From a virus: a stretch of 64,000 bases of DNA. The position numbers and the translations under genes are program-made. The first letter of the stretch is position 1. Each line of letters starts with the position of its first letter. The stretch is taken from the IMG/VR virus record IMGVR_UViG_3300041585_000108, positions 11,319 through 75,318 of that record; one strand, written 5' to 3'. Below, one piece after another: positions 26,373-36,341 of this stretch. The notes under the pieces were generated by a model that did no database searches, was not told where the DNA came from, and saw only the letters and a list, made by a program, of their open reading frames with translations.

Positions 26373-26854
26373 TACTCCGCCTTCCATACTGGTACAAACC
26401 CGCTGTCTGTCTTAGTATACAATATAAAACTATGTTTGAGAAGAGCTAATAGCTCAGCTTTAGATGGAACATTTTTGGAATGCCCAGACTCCAAAATATA
26501 CTCATGTAAGTCAAGTACATCCTTATCGCTAAACATATACTTATACCAACCTTGGCCTGGCTCATTGCCTATTGGATAAATTTTTTGAGGAGTCTTAATT
26601 TTTTCCTCTAAAATATAATCTTGAATTGTTACTCTATGCTTGTTAAGCATATTTCCTACTTGAACAATGCTATAGGCATTACCCATGCTTTTATTTACTT
26701 CAGAGTATGGGTACAAAACTCTTTTATTGTCTGGATAACACCACGCAAACAACTGGTCTTTTGCTCTTGAAGAGCTTAAGACTTTATGTATCTTTTCGTT
26801 TAAGAAGAAATACCGTATCGCTTTGAGTGATTTTCTTCTATATTTTCCAGCCAT
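26372..26854 (-). CDS. putative HTH DNA-binding protein
   Basis: YSIVQVGNMLNKHRVTIQDYI HTH-like segment. Confidence 0.6.
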   Translation of the reverse strand: MAGKYRRKSLKAIRYFFLNEKIHKVLSSSRAKDQLFAWCYPDNKRVLYPYSEVNKSMGNAYSIVQVGNMLNKHRVTIQDYILEEKIKTPQKIYPIGNEPGQGWYKYMFSDKDVLDLHEYILESGHSKNVPSKAELLALLKHSFILYTKTDSGFVPVWKAE

Positions 26855-26988
26855 TGTCCCAACTTATTTGTATTCTTATTCATCATCCAGCGCTTGCCGC
26901 ACATGATGCAAAACAACTCTATATGCATTTTTTGAGAGAATACCCTATCTACAAACACTCTGCCTCTGCATTTATCACAAGTTATCAT
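26800..26988 (-). CDS. small Zn-ribbon protein
   Basis: CDKC...CIMCG; start ATG 26988. Confidence 0.7.
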   Translation of the reverse strand: MITCDKCRGRVFVDRVFSQKMHIELFCIMCGKRWMMNKNTNKLGQWLENIEENHSKRYGISS

Positions 26989-27785
26989 ACTTGAAATACT
27001 TTCCCATCTACTACGCATGAGTAATCTGGGGAAACATGAATCATCTGAATGTGTGGATAGTCATTAACAATATGAGCAACCGCAAATCCTTTTTGCCAAT
27101 CATGGTGCTGAGTATACTTCATGCCTGGACCCTTTTCATCACACATGTGACCAATCTCATATCCACGAAGAACTTCGCCTTGTCCATTGTTTCTGAGTTC
27201 ATAGGTTACCATATGAGAAGCAATTCTATGAGAGTGTCCTCTAATTAAAGATACCTGCATGTCTTCCATGTCTTTTTTTACTGATCCACCTGCTGCAATT
27301 GAAAGTCCGTGGTGAACGTGAATGTCTCCAAAACGACGCTTTGGAAGTGCATCATAAAATATATAATCGTAGCCTAAAGAATCTAAACTCCACAAAGCTT
27401 CTGGTGTTACTTCTTTTGCATAATCTGGAAGCTTCTTGTCAATATAATCAAATATTCTGATGTCGTGATTTCCTAAAGCAGAAAACAATTGAGCTTGTGG
27501 AAGCATTTCTCTTGTTTTTGCATAAAAATCTCGTGCGCCTTTTGCTTCATGTCGCATCATTGGAACAATTAAATCACGACTATCATCTTTGTGAAGTTGC
27601 ATAAATTCTGCAGAACGCCCTTCAGTATATTTACTATAACATGCTTGATCATCTGTATCACCAAGGTAGTCTACAACATCTGGCTTAAACCACTTCATAA
27701 CCTTAAACCAAAGCTCAATCATTTTATCATCTTGATAGGGGAATTGCTGATCAGATGAGAGCATCCATTTTAAATCGTTAGACAT
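26985..27785 (-). CDS. calcineurin-like metallophosphoesterase
   Basis: SDQQ, LGDTDD, GNHD, HHG, GHSH; start ATG 27785 with GAGGA SD. Confidence 0.85.
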   Translation of the reverse strand: MSNDLKWMLSSDQQFPYQDDKMIELWFKVMKWFKPDVVDYLGDTDDQACYSKYTEGRSAEFMQLHKDDSRDLIVPMMRHEAKGARDFYAKTREMLPQAQLFSALGNHDIRIFDYIDKKLPDYAKEVTPEALWSLDSLGYDYIFYDALPKRRFGDIHVHHGLSIAAGGSVKKDMEDMQVSLIRGHSHRIASHMVTYELRNNGQGEVLRGYEIGHMCDEKGPGMKYTQHHDWQKGFAVAHIVNDYPHIQMIHVSPDYSCVVDGKVFQV

Positions 27786-27804
27786 TATTTCCTCAATGTT
27801 AATA

Positions 27805-27867
27805 GGCCATGAATATTCATGGCCCATACGCTACATCAAATTGTAGCATATGGGTTTAGATTGTCAA
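27805..27867 (-). promoter_or_regulatory. replication-operon promoter with downstream perfect 20-bp palindrome
   Basis: TTGACA-N16-TACAAT with extended TG (27840-27867); GGCCATGAATATTCATGGCC at 27805-27824. Confidence 0.7.
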
Positions 27868-27876
27868 TACTTTATA

Positions 27877-28287
27877 TTATCCTACAGCAATCCATTGAAC
27901 ATATACTTCCCCGTTTGAGGTTGCTCCAATTGGAAGCATGCTTATGGTAAATCCAGAAGCTGTTAGAGATGTAACTACTGGAAGATATTTATGCTTTAAA
28001 AAGTTTGCAGTGCTTGCTTGCCATATGGTGCATGTTATATTTGGCTGAGCATTAAAAGGTGCATCAAATGTTACTGTTGCCTTGCCTGTACCTGCAGTAT
28101 TTACTGGAACCTTAAGTCTGCTAGATTTAATGCTTTTAGTAACTGGTGCATTTTCTGATCCGCCAGTTTCAAATGTTGCATTTGATAGCTTATTAATTGT
28201 ATTGATGTTGGCTATAATACTTCTCATTACTTCTGAGGTAATAGGGTCCCCATCATTTATCTGCATTGGTTCTAGTTGTGCTGCCAT
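27877..28287 (-). CDS. virion accessory protein with H-type lectin-like C-terminus
   Basis: VTFDAPFNAQPNI...TASGFTI...VQWIAVG. Confidence 0.6.
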   Translation of the reverse strand: MAAQLEPMQINDGDPITSEVMRSIIANINTINKLSNATFETGGSENAPVTKSIKSSRLKVPVNTAGTGKATVTFDAPFNAQPNITCTIWQASTANFLKHKYLPVVTSLTASGFTISMLPIGATSNGEVYVQWIAVG

Positions 28288-28434
28288 CTACTTCTCCTCA
28301 GACTCCATATTTTTTTGTGTTTCTTGAAGCTGTGTGATTTCAGCACGAAGAATTGCAACATGAGTCTCATATTGTGAGACTAGTTGGCCTATGCGTTCTT
28401 GTAAAGCTTGTACTACTAGTTCTAATTTATCCAT
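28288..28434 (-). CDS. small coiled-coil protein (48 aa)
   Basis: Not in ORF track. AGGAGA SD; MDKLELVVQALQERIGQLVSQYETHVAILRAEITQLQETQKNMESEEK. Confidence 0.75.
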   Translation of the reverse strand: MDKLELVVQALQERIGQLVSQYETHVAILRAEITQLQETQKNMESEEK

Positions 28435-28467
28435 TATATCTCCTTTTTGATTTAATTAAGAATACCA

Positions 28468-31272
28468 TTATGATTCAAGTACGTCAAGCCTGGCAGAAAT
28501 AGATGTTAGGGCAGAGCTAATCTCTTGTATTGCTGAAACAATATATGGAATTAGATTTGTTGTCATGACTGATTGATAATCTGGATCTCCATTTTCATCT
28601 ACCCCATCCTTTGCTCCCTGCACAAAATCTGGAAACGGTTCGGCAAACTCGTGTGCAATAAAACCTATCTGAGTGTTACGCTCAGAGTCTGATTTCATAA
28701 TAAAGGTTCTTACTTTAGCCATATTAATTTTTTCAAGCCCGCCAGAGTAATCTTGTATATTGTCTTTTAGTCTATAATCTGAAGGACCTCTAAAAGAAGG
28801 AGTCCCAGTACTTATATTTATGCCTCCAGCATCAGACATACTATTAAAACTTGATGAGTACATGAATCTAATAGCTTCTACTGTTCCGCTTGTTGCATAT
28901 CTTCCAAACCAACCTGCAGGCCCATCAGTTCTTTTTGTAACCATAGATCCATTAGGGTTTAATGACACACTAGTATTTGTATCAGACGGCGTGGAAGTAG
29001 CAAATCCAGTAGATATAGAATAAAGAAAGTTAATTATTGGTCTATTTGAATAAATCTTCCCACTTTGGCTATAACCGCCAAAATAAAGATCAGCGCCATT
29101 TTGTGCAGTTAATATAATGTCATTCTGTGCAAAGCCGCCAAAACCAGCATTTGTAAAAAGTCCTGAACCACTGTTAAACATTAATGCAGAGGAACCAATG
29201 TCTAAACGTTGTGTGCCAGAAGTAACAGCAATTGCCCCTCCTGATAAAAATCCAGATGAAGTATCTGTTAGTGTAAGCGTAGCATCACTACCTAGTACTG
29301 TAGTTTTTGTTCCAGAAATAAGTCTTACAACTCCACTAAATTCACCAGAGGCTCCAGTTATATCTCCTTTAAATGTTGCGCTTCCATTAAAAGCGTCTAT
29401 AGAAAATGTTGATTGATTTAAAGAATTGTATGCTGCTATTCCAGCACTATTCATAACAACTCTTGCTCCAGTCCCTGGAGCCGATGCATTAGCATTACCA
29501 TTAGAAAATACAGTAATTCCCGCTGAATTTATTGCAGTTATATTATTATTAGAGTCTGTTATTGTGCTAGTGCTTTTTGTTAGTTTTGTAGCTATAGCAT
29601 TGTTTGCTGCTGTCACATTTGTATTAGTTGTTGTTAAATTTGTATTAGTTGTTGTTAAATTTGTATTAGTTGTTGTTAGTTGATCAGTAGTTGCATATCC
29701 AGAAATTGTTGTTCCTGAGCCAAATACCGCACCATTCACAAAAAGCGTTCCATCGGATCTAACTCTAAATTTTGCATTTGCATCTGGAATATTGTTTCCT
29801 GCCCATGCAAGCCAAGTAGAAGAAGCAAATGAGTATCCATTATGTAAATAAAATGCTGTTGTTGCGTTTGCTCCTAATTGTATAAAGCCAGTGCTGTCTA
29901 AAATAACATTGTTTTTAGATAGCGTGGTGCCACTTAAATTCCATCCCGCAATAGCTCCAGCATTTGCAGTTATTGTTCCAGTTGCTGCTGAAAGTATTAC
30001 TGAGTTTGTTCCACTTGCAACCTTTAATCCAGTTGAGTTAAGTGCAAATCCGTTCCCAGTTAAATTTCCAGTAGCATTATCTATTGTTCCGTTATATATA
30101 GAAGCTCCTGTTGTAGACATAAAGATATTACCACTAAAAGTTCCGCCTTTAGCATTTACATCCCCATCTACAGTAAATTTAGTTCCGTCCCAAGAAATGT
30201 AATTGGACGTACTTCCTCCTACTTTAAGCAAGGCTGACTGATTAGAGTCTATGTACCAGTAATTGTTTGCATTGAAGGAGAGCCCTCTTTTGCCAGGCTC
30301 TACGCCATATCCAAACTTAAACATTCCTATGTCACCCGTTGAACTTGCACCAAAATATCCAGTAGTTGTTACGTTAGTTCCAATATAAGGAGTGCCTGAT
30401 GAAACAACATTTCCTCCAGAAATATATGAAGATGATATGTTATTGTACTCGTCATATGTAGCAACTGCTATTTTATATGTAGCCCCTGCTGCTAACCCTG
30501 CAATTTTATATGAAGTTCCAGTTCCTGGAGAATCAACATATGAATATACTGGGGATGCTCCAATATCACTAGTAAACCTAATTCTATATCCTCTAATCCC
30601 GCCGCCTGTAACTGGTGCCCAAGATACTAGGGCAAAAGAATTAAATCCTATGCTTCCAGATGCGTCTATTCCTCCACTAGTAGTAACTAAAGAAACGTTT
30701 TCAGGACCAACCGTATCTACTGTAATTGGATCGGTAGCTTGAAATGGACCAAACACAACACTTTTTTTATGATAGTCCTGATCTCTTGTGTCTACACGTA
30801 TCCACCTATTGTTTGTATTTGAAACTAATATTGTTGCTGAATTTCCAGTACCATTCCAAACAAGATATTCTTCTCCAGTAAATGTTCCAGTCAAACTTTC
30901 ATAAATTTGTGCATCAATAAACCATTTATTGTTGGCCAAGCTTTTATCTATTGCATCCCACTTAACGCCATACAGCAAAAGCCCTGGGGTAACAACTAAA
31001 TTTGTAACTGGCATAGTAAAATCTGGAACCTCTAAAGTAAATATAAAGTTTGCTGATCTTGGTCCATATATAACCTGAGATGGATTTTCTGTATCCTGAT
31101 AAGCATAAGCAAAAGAAAATGGGTACACTCCATTTGCTATTACATTTAATCCAGATCTTTCTACTATAAAAGAACCTGCTGTTTGTTTTGAAGCAGCAAT
31201 TGCAGGATTACTTTGTTGTTCTGCAGGGACATTGTTTTTTCCTCCGTCTAAAGCAGATATTTTAAAAACCAT
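28468..31272 (-). CDS. tail fibre / receptor-binding protein with FN3 domain and C-terminal peptidase S74 autocleaving chaperone
   Basis: FN3 W...GYRIRF...YKIAVAT, beta-rich Gly repeats, SDYRLK...GFIAHE, coiled-coil end. Confidence 0.82.
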   Translation of the reverse strand: MVFKISALDGGKNNVPAEQQSNPAIAASKQTAGSFIVERSGLNVIANGVYPFSFAYAYQDTENPSQVIYGPRSANFIFTLEVPDFTMPVTNLVVTPGLLLYGVKWDAIDKSLANNKWFIDAQIYESLTGTFTGEEYLVWNGTGNSATILVSNTNNRWIRVDTRDQDYHKKSVVFGPFQATDPITVDTVGPENVSLVTTSGGIDASGSIGFNSFALVSWAPVTGGGIRGYRIRFTSDIGASPVYSYVDSPGTGTSYKIAGLAAGATYKIAVATYDEYNNISSSYISGGNVVSSGTPYIGTNVTTTGYFGASSTGDIGMFKFGYGVEPGKRGLSFNANNYWYIDSNQSALLKVGGSTSNYISWDGTKFTVDGDVNAKGGTFSGNIFMSTTGASIYNGTIDNATGNLTGNGFALNSTGLKVASGTNSVILSAATGTITANAGAIAGWNLSGTTLSKNNVILDSTGFIQLGANATTAFYLHNGYSFASSTWLAWAGNNIPDANAKFRVRSDGTLFVNGAVFGSGTTISGYATTDQLTTTNTNLTTTNTNLTTTNTNVTAANNAIATKLTKSTSTITDSNNNITAINSAGITVFSNGNANASAPGTGARVVMNSAGIAAYNSLNQSTFSIDAFNGSATFKGDITGASGEFSGVVRLISGTKTTVLGSDATLTLTDTSSGFLSGGAIAVTSGTQRLDIGSSALMFNSGSGLFTNAGFGGFAQNDIILTAQNGADLYFGGYSQSGKIYSNRPIINFLYSISTGFATSTPSDTNTSVSLNPNGSMVTKRTDGPAGWFGRYATSGTVEAIRFMYSSSFNSMSDAGGINISTGTPSFRGPSDYRLKDNIQDYSGGLEKINMAKVRTFIMKSDSERNTQIGFIAHEFAEPFPDFVQGAKDGVDENGDPDYQSVMTTNLIPYIVSAIQEISSALTSISARLDVLES
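29617..29678 (-). repeat. three 21-bp tandem repeats encoding heptad LTTTNTN
   Basis: Plus strand ATTTGTATTAGTTGTTGTTAA x3 (last copy imperfect). Confidence 0.85.
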
Positions 31273-32156
31273 TATAAAAACCCTAAATTAATTTTATATT
31301 CTATGTCCATCTCAACACCTAGTGCTTTTACTATTGGAGTGGACAAAACTGATCTGCTTATTAATCCATATTGAGTATTGTACGAGTCTTCATCGTTTAG
31401 CCTTAATCCATCTAGCAATATAATGCAGGTACCAGTATTTTTTGCTTTGGCGCCAATTTCTATTCTTGTAATTAAAGAAAAATTAACTGAGCCAGAAAAA
31501 AATCCAGAGTTAAATAAATCAGACAAGGGTTTTTTAATAATTTTATTTCCTACTGTTGTATCGGAATTAAATCTTATTTCTTTGTAATTCGTGGGAGAAC
31601 TATAAAACCTAACATAAATATAGTCTAGGTTTAAATCTTGTTGCCTAAAAGCAATAGTTAATCCATCATTTACTCCATAACCAGAAATATCAAATATTGT
31701 ATCTAGGCTATATGATTTTGATGAATTAGACAAAGCGGATACGATAAAATAAGATGATCCAATCCTTGGAGCTGGAGATAAAGCCAAAACAGGTTGGTTT
31801 CCATTTTCATCATACCAAGAAGAAACATTTTCAAAGGACGATATATACTGAGATGAATAGTCTGTATTTTGAAGATTTGCTGTAGGGAATAGACCTATCT
31901 CTGAAATAATGCCTTCTACGTCTGGAGGCAGAGTAGTTTTATAAACTATTGAGTAGGTTGTTTCTCCAGTAGATGTATTTGTTTGTATGTCGGAGCTTCC
32001 TAAAAAAACACCTGATCTGTAAAACTCAAACTGCATGTCTTTGTCGTTGTCATTTTCAGCTTGAGGACCTATGCCTACTGCAATATCTTTTTGGTTAAAG
32101 TTTAATCCATTAGATAGGTAAGAAGTTATAAATCTTTTACCAAATTTTGTTATCAT
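31272..32156 (-). CDS. minor tail/baseplate protein
   Basis: MITKFGK...IAVG...ISEIGLF pattern typical of fibre-attachment proteins; position in tail module. Confidence 0.6.
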   Translation of the reverse strand: MITKFGKRFITSYLSNGLNFNQKDIAVGIGPQAENDNDKDMQFEFYRSGVFLGSSDIQTNTSTGETTYSIVYKTTLPPDVEGIISEIGLFPTANLQNTDYSSQYISSFENVSSWYDENGNQPVLALSPAPRIGSSYFIVSALSNSSKSYSLDTIFDISGYGVNDGLTIAFRQQDLNLDYIYVRFYSSPTNYKEIRFNSDTTVGNKIIKKPLSDLFNSGFFSGSVNFSLITRIEIGAKAKNTGTCIILLDGLRLNDEDSYNTQYGLISRSVLSTPIVKALGVEMDIEYKINLGFL

Positions 32157-32575
32157 ATTATAATCACACCTGTCACTAAATCTCCTGCACTATTTTTTAC
32201 TTCAAATTTTACTTTTAAGAATCTATTGTTATTTGAATCGTAGTATATGTCTGGGTCTAATATTGTTTGACCAGATGAGTATCTAGCTCCAGTTTTTCCT
32301 ATTAAAGTAATATCTTCTAAATTTGGCGATGGTAGTGGAACTACCTCTGGATCTTTAGGTTCATCTGAATTGTTTAGATTTTCTAGATCTTCTAGATTTT
32401 CATCTCCAGGAACACTTTCAACATAAGTCTTATCTGTGGCACCAGTATATAGATTTACTAAATCATATTGATCTGTTTTTAATACCCCAATTAAATCAGA
32501 GTCTAGTGGTAGTTGAACCTTTACTCCACCTGCTACCTGAGCATTACCAATTTTTGGGTTTTTCTTATTTACCAT
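32153..32575 (-). CDS. hypothetical tail-module protein
   Basis: Position; TAGAAT 6 nt upstream of ATG. Confidence 0.65.
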   Translation of the reverse strand: MVNKKNPKIGNAQVAGGVKVQLPLDSDLIGVLKTDQYDLVNLYTGATDKTYVESVPGDENLEDLENLNNSDEPKDPEVVPLPSPNLEDITLIGKTGARYSSGQTILDPDIYYDSNNNRFLKVKFEVKNSAGDLVTGVIII

Positions 32576-32595
32576 ATTAAGATTCTACCATTTCA

Positions 32596-35500
32596 TTAAA
32601 CATAAATCGACCTACAAACTATTTTTGTTGATGGCGATTGACTGTACCCTTGCTCAATATCCAAGACTATATATTTGCCAGATACCTGACCTACATCTTC
32701 TGTTGAATATACTAGGTTACTTGGGTAAGATATCTCTACAATATCTCCAGTTTCTATTAATGGGTTTGGGAATATATCTAGAGATAAAACAGTTTGTTGT
32801 TTAGACCATTGTGTTCTCATCCAATCTGAAAGAGCTTTAGCCTCTGATTCTTTTTGAATCCATGTAGATTCAAATGCTACCTGCTCCTCATTTTTTGTAG
32901 ACAAAAACTCTGGATCAATGTACTCAAATGGGTCTAAAGGAGCTATTGTTTCTCCTACAACTATAAAGCTTTTTTCTCCGCCGTCTGCTAAATCAACAAA
33001 TGTTCCTGTGTTATTTAAAATGTATGCATCAATTCCAAAGGATGTGGCATTGTATCCAAGCAGGGAAACATTTGGGTTTAATATAATTTGTGGGTATTTT
33101 ACAAATCCTGGGCGGGTGGCATATCTGGTAGATATTTTTTTAATCTCTCTAGCAACTGGGCCAAACTCTTGAACCCAAGGAGCTTTTGCAGTACTTGATG
33201 AAGTTCCGCTAGCTAAAAAATCTCCAAATATATTTTTTAAAGAAGTTGCTGCTCCTATATAAGACCCATAATTGTCGTAGCTGGAAGGCTTAAGAAAATC
33301 ATCTTTGCTTAAAACTGAAGTATATATATAATCAAATGCAGACTCACCTAAAATTCCTATCAGTCCTACCTTGTTTGTCATAGTTATTGATTCATTCCCC
33401 ACGGAAGTGTCTGTTGCAGTAATTGTACTGTTATTAAATTTAATCTTAAATATTCTTTTTCCAACACTTTGAGAAACCTTAACTTCTATTCTGTAAAGTT
33501 CTCCGCCAGATACTCCAGTAATTGAATTGTCTTCAGTTTTTTGAGTATCAGATATTGGTGTTTCAATTCCATTTTTTATTTTAACTAATTGTACGTCTCT
33601 AGAACTTAATCCTTTGTTTGCAACGTTTTGAGAAGTAGACATTTTTAATATATATCCATCTAAGTTGTTTGCAGACAATCCAATACCTAGTCCTGCAGAC
33701 ACACTTTGCTCTCCAGTAATTCTTCCATTAGAATCTGTGGCTAATTTAAAAAACATTGCTGTGCCAATAGAAAAATATTGTTCTGCTGCAAATGGTTCTG
33801 ATGTTGTAGTTGCGTAATAATAGTAATCGCTTTTAGGTGGAACGACTATCTTTAACAAAGATCTGGATATTTTTTTTGCAGATCCGTCTGTTTCCTGTAA
33901 AGAAAAAATTGATTGTTCTAGCGTATTAGTTTTTGTTACTGACTTTGCCGTTGGAATATTTACTTTGGATCCAGACCATAAACTTTTAATGCTATCTAGG
34001 TTTACTTCGTGAGAATCTCCTACCCCTATTCCTTTGCCAGTTGCATCAAATGCATTTCTTTCTTTAATTCTATATTTTAACGTTGGCTTGAATGAACCAA
34101 TTACGCTTTCTCCTAAAAATTTTGCAATGTCGGAGTCAGACGTGATCCACTTATTTACAATTGTATTTGGAGCGCTGATGGGCTTATATTGAAATTGAAT
34201 TGCGTCATACTCAATAATCTCTTTGTTTATTAAAAAGTAACCGCTCTTATTGTAAAAAGAAGTGTCTGTTAGTCCGCTGTATACTGTTATTGGCGACAAA
34301 GATATTGTTCCTAGTTTAGCTGCTGGATCATTTACTAAATCAACTGGTGCAGATGCATTTAAAGTTTCTTGTAGTGCCGCTGCCCCTAACGCAGAAGGAG
34401 GGGAGACATATAGGTTATCTGAAGCTCCAGTATAGTTTGTACTAATAATTGGAGTGTATATAACCTTAGCAGCTTTAACAGAAGGAACAGTTTCTTTTGT
34501 CAAAGAAATAATGTTAGGAAGATTAGAAGATTTTTTTTCGCTTCTAAGCTTAAAGCTAGAAGGTCTTTCTTTATCAAACAAATAATCTCTTGGATAAAAC
34601 TGAAGTTTATCGTAGTTATCAAATGTAGCAATCATTTGAGTATCTCTGCACAGATCTTGTATATGCTGCCAAACAGTTTTAGTATCATCTGTAAACCAAT
34701 AAAGGGGAACAATAGTTGCAGAGTCCACAACAGATAAATTATTTTTGCCATAAGTATTAAAGTTATAGCTTGTAAATCCAACTCCATCTAGAAGTCTTCT
34801 AATAATAGCCTGAGAAGGAGCATTTTGAATTACTATGTCTGGGGCTATTATTTCTTGTAAAAATTTTGCTCCGTCTAAGCCCTGGATATCAATATCTCCA
34901 AACTCAGATATAGTAAATGAGTCTATGTAAAATACTCCTTGAGGTATTGTGTCTGAGCCTATTATATTAAATGGCATTACCTTTACATTCTTATAAAGAT
35001 TTATATTTGATTTATCAAATGCTTTTGTCTTGTCGTATTCTATTCCTTTTCTGTCAAATCCTTCCAGATTTAAAGTAAGTGCATTTGATGTAACTATTCC
35101 AACTGGGACTATACCAGCAGAATCATCAGAAGACATCTTTGATATTTGAAAAGCAACTATTCTATCTGAAACGTCTTGAATATATCTTGCGCTTACCTCT
35201 ATTACTCCTAAAAATGAGTTTGCAGTATTTATTGACGTAACTGTAATAATTATTTTTTTAATGTTAAATGGAATAGCTGGAGATAAAAATTTTGTGGTGC
35301 TCCAGGTAGACCCATTGTAATAAAGATTAAATACCCCATCATCTGGGACCACTCCATTTGTAGATATAGTTGTTTTTACTCCTGCATGATTTTCAACTTC
35401 AATGGTCCATGCTGTTGGCTTAGAGTAAGAAGTTTCAAATTTAACAACAATATTATTTGTAACCGCAGTTTTAGCAGCTGGATACTCAACAGTAAAATTG

Positions 35501-35892
35501 CAATTAGATAAAGATGTTCCTAGCGCTTGAGGGGAAAGCCAAAATTTGTATTGAAGCTTAGAGCTAGAAAAATAAATTCTTGTTTTTAAATCTCCAGAAA
35601 CGTTATACTTAGGAATTGCTTGAGTTACACTTGGATTATTTATAAAGTAATTTATTCCAGCTACTGCTGGTCTTCTTGGATCTATTATATTAGTAAGAGG
35701 AAATAGTTTTTTAAAAGGATAATATACTTTTCCTGTTACAGGATCTGTTTTAGACGCAGTTTCTACTGGAGAAGTTATTTTTGCTCCATAAATTAGGTCA
35801 TTCATATTATATTCAAGCCAGCATCCGCCAGACATGGAATAGGATGTGGATTGGTTTATTTTATCTAAAGTTGTTGGGCTTACCGTTTGCAT
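32596..35892 (-). CDS. large minor tail protein (tail tip/hub)
   Basis: Second gene after the TMP; C-terminal NPLIETGDIV motif; start ATG 35892. Confidence 0.7.
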   Translation of the reverse strand: MQTVSPTTLDKINQSTSYSMSGGCWLEYNMNDLIYGAKITSPVETASKTDPVTGKVYYPFKKLFPLTNIIDPRRPAVAGINYFINNPSVTQAIPKYNVSGDLKTRIYFSSSKLQYKFWLSPQALGTSLSNCNFTVEYPAAKTAVTNNIVVKFETSYSKPTAWTIEVENHAGVKTTISTNGVVPDDGVFNLYYNGSTWSTTKFLSPAIPFNIKKIIITVTSINTANSFLGVIEVSARYIQDVSDRIVAFQISKMSSDDSAGIVPVGIVTSNALTLNLEGFDRKGIEYDKTKAFDKSNINLYKNVKVMPFNIIGSDTIPQGVFYIDSFTISEFGDIDIQGLDGAKFLQEIIAPDIVIQNAPSQAIIRRLLDGVGFTSYNFNTYGKNNLSVVDSATIVPLYWFTDDTKTVWQHIQDLCRDTQMIATFDNYDKLQFYPRDYLFDKERPSSFKLRSEKKSSNLPNIISLTKETVPSVKAAKVIYTPIISTNYTGASDNLYVSPPSALGAAALQETLNASAPVDLVNDPAAKLGTISLSPITVYSGLTDTSFYNKSGYFLINKEIIEYDAIQFQYKPISAPNTIVNKWITSDSDIAKFLGESVIGSFKPTLKYRIKERNAFDATGKGIGVGDSHEVNLDSIKSLWSGSKVNIPTAKSVTKTNTLEQSIFSLQETDGSAKKISRSLLKIVVPPKSDYYYYATTTSEPFAAEQYFSIGTAMFFKLATDSNGRITGEQSVSAGLGIGLSANNLDGYILKMSTSQNVANKGLSSRDVQLVKIKNGIETPISDTQKTEDNSITGVSGGELYRIEVKVSQSVGKRIFKIKFNNSTITATDTSVGNESITMTNKVGLIGILGESAFDYIYTSVLSKDDFLKPSSYDNYGSYIGAATSLKNIFGDFLASGTSSSTAKAPWVQEFGPVAREIKKISTRYATRPGFVKYPQIILNPNVSLLGYNATSFGIDAYILNNTGTFVDLADGGEKSFIVVGETIAPLDPFEYIDPEFLSTKNEEQVAFESTWIQKESEAKALSDWMRTQWSKQQTVLSLDIFPNPLIETGDIVEISYPSNLVYSTEDVGQVSGKYIVLDIEQGYSQSPSTKIVCRSIYV

Positions 35893-36341
35893 TAAATTTC
35901 TTCCAATGAAATTGATACGTCCCAAAAAGCTTGTGCTGTATCCGCTATTTTTTCTTTAACATTTCTTTTAATTAAATTAAATGAGCATGAGGTAAATGAA
36001 GCTACAAAATCTTCAGTCCTAGTAGAGTTATATGCAATTCTGGCATTAAATGACCCTTGGCCTTTAGCTCCTAAATAAAACGACTTTATGTCTTCTGCCC
36101 CCCAGCCGCCGTCTACGGTCATTGTATAGTATGAAGGAAGCATGCTCCATGAGGTAGATAAAGTCTTCTTGTCGGCTATAAACAGCTTTCTAAGGCTCCC
36201 ATTGGCCATTCTAGAAGTCTGCTCAAACCTTTGGGTATCTATTGATATTGGGGATCTATTATGCTCAGTTAATTTTTGCCAGGTTCCAACGGCATCTTGT
36301 AAAAACAATGCGGAACCTACTGGTAAAACTAAAGCTGCCAT
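35892..36341 (-). CDS. distal tail protein-like
   Basis: Immediately after the TMP; SRMANGSLRK...W...VSISLEEI. Confidence 0.6.
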   Translation of the reverse strand: MAALVLPVGSALFLQDAVGTWQKLTEHNRSPISIDTQRFEQTSRMANGSLRKLFIADKKTLSTSWSMLPSYYTMTVDGGWGAEDIKSFYLGAKGQGSFNARIAYNSTRTEDFVASFTSCSFNLIKRNVKEKIADTAQAFWDVSISLEEI

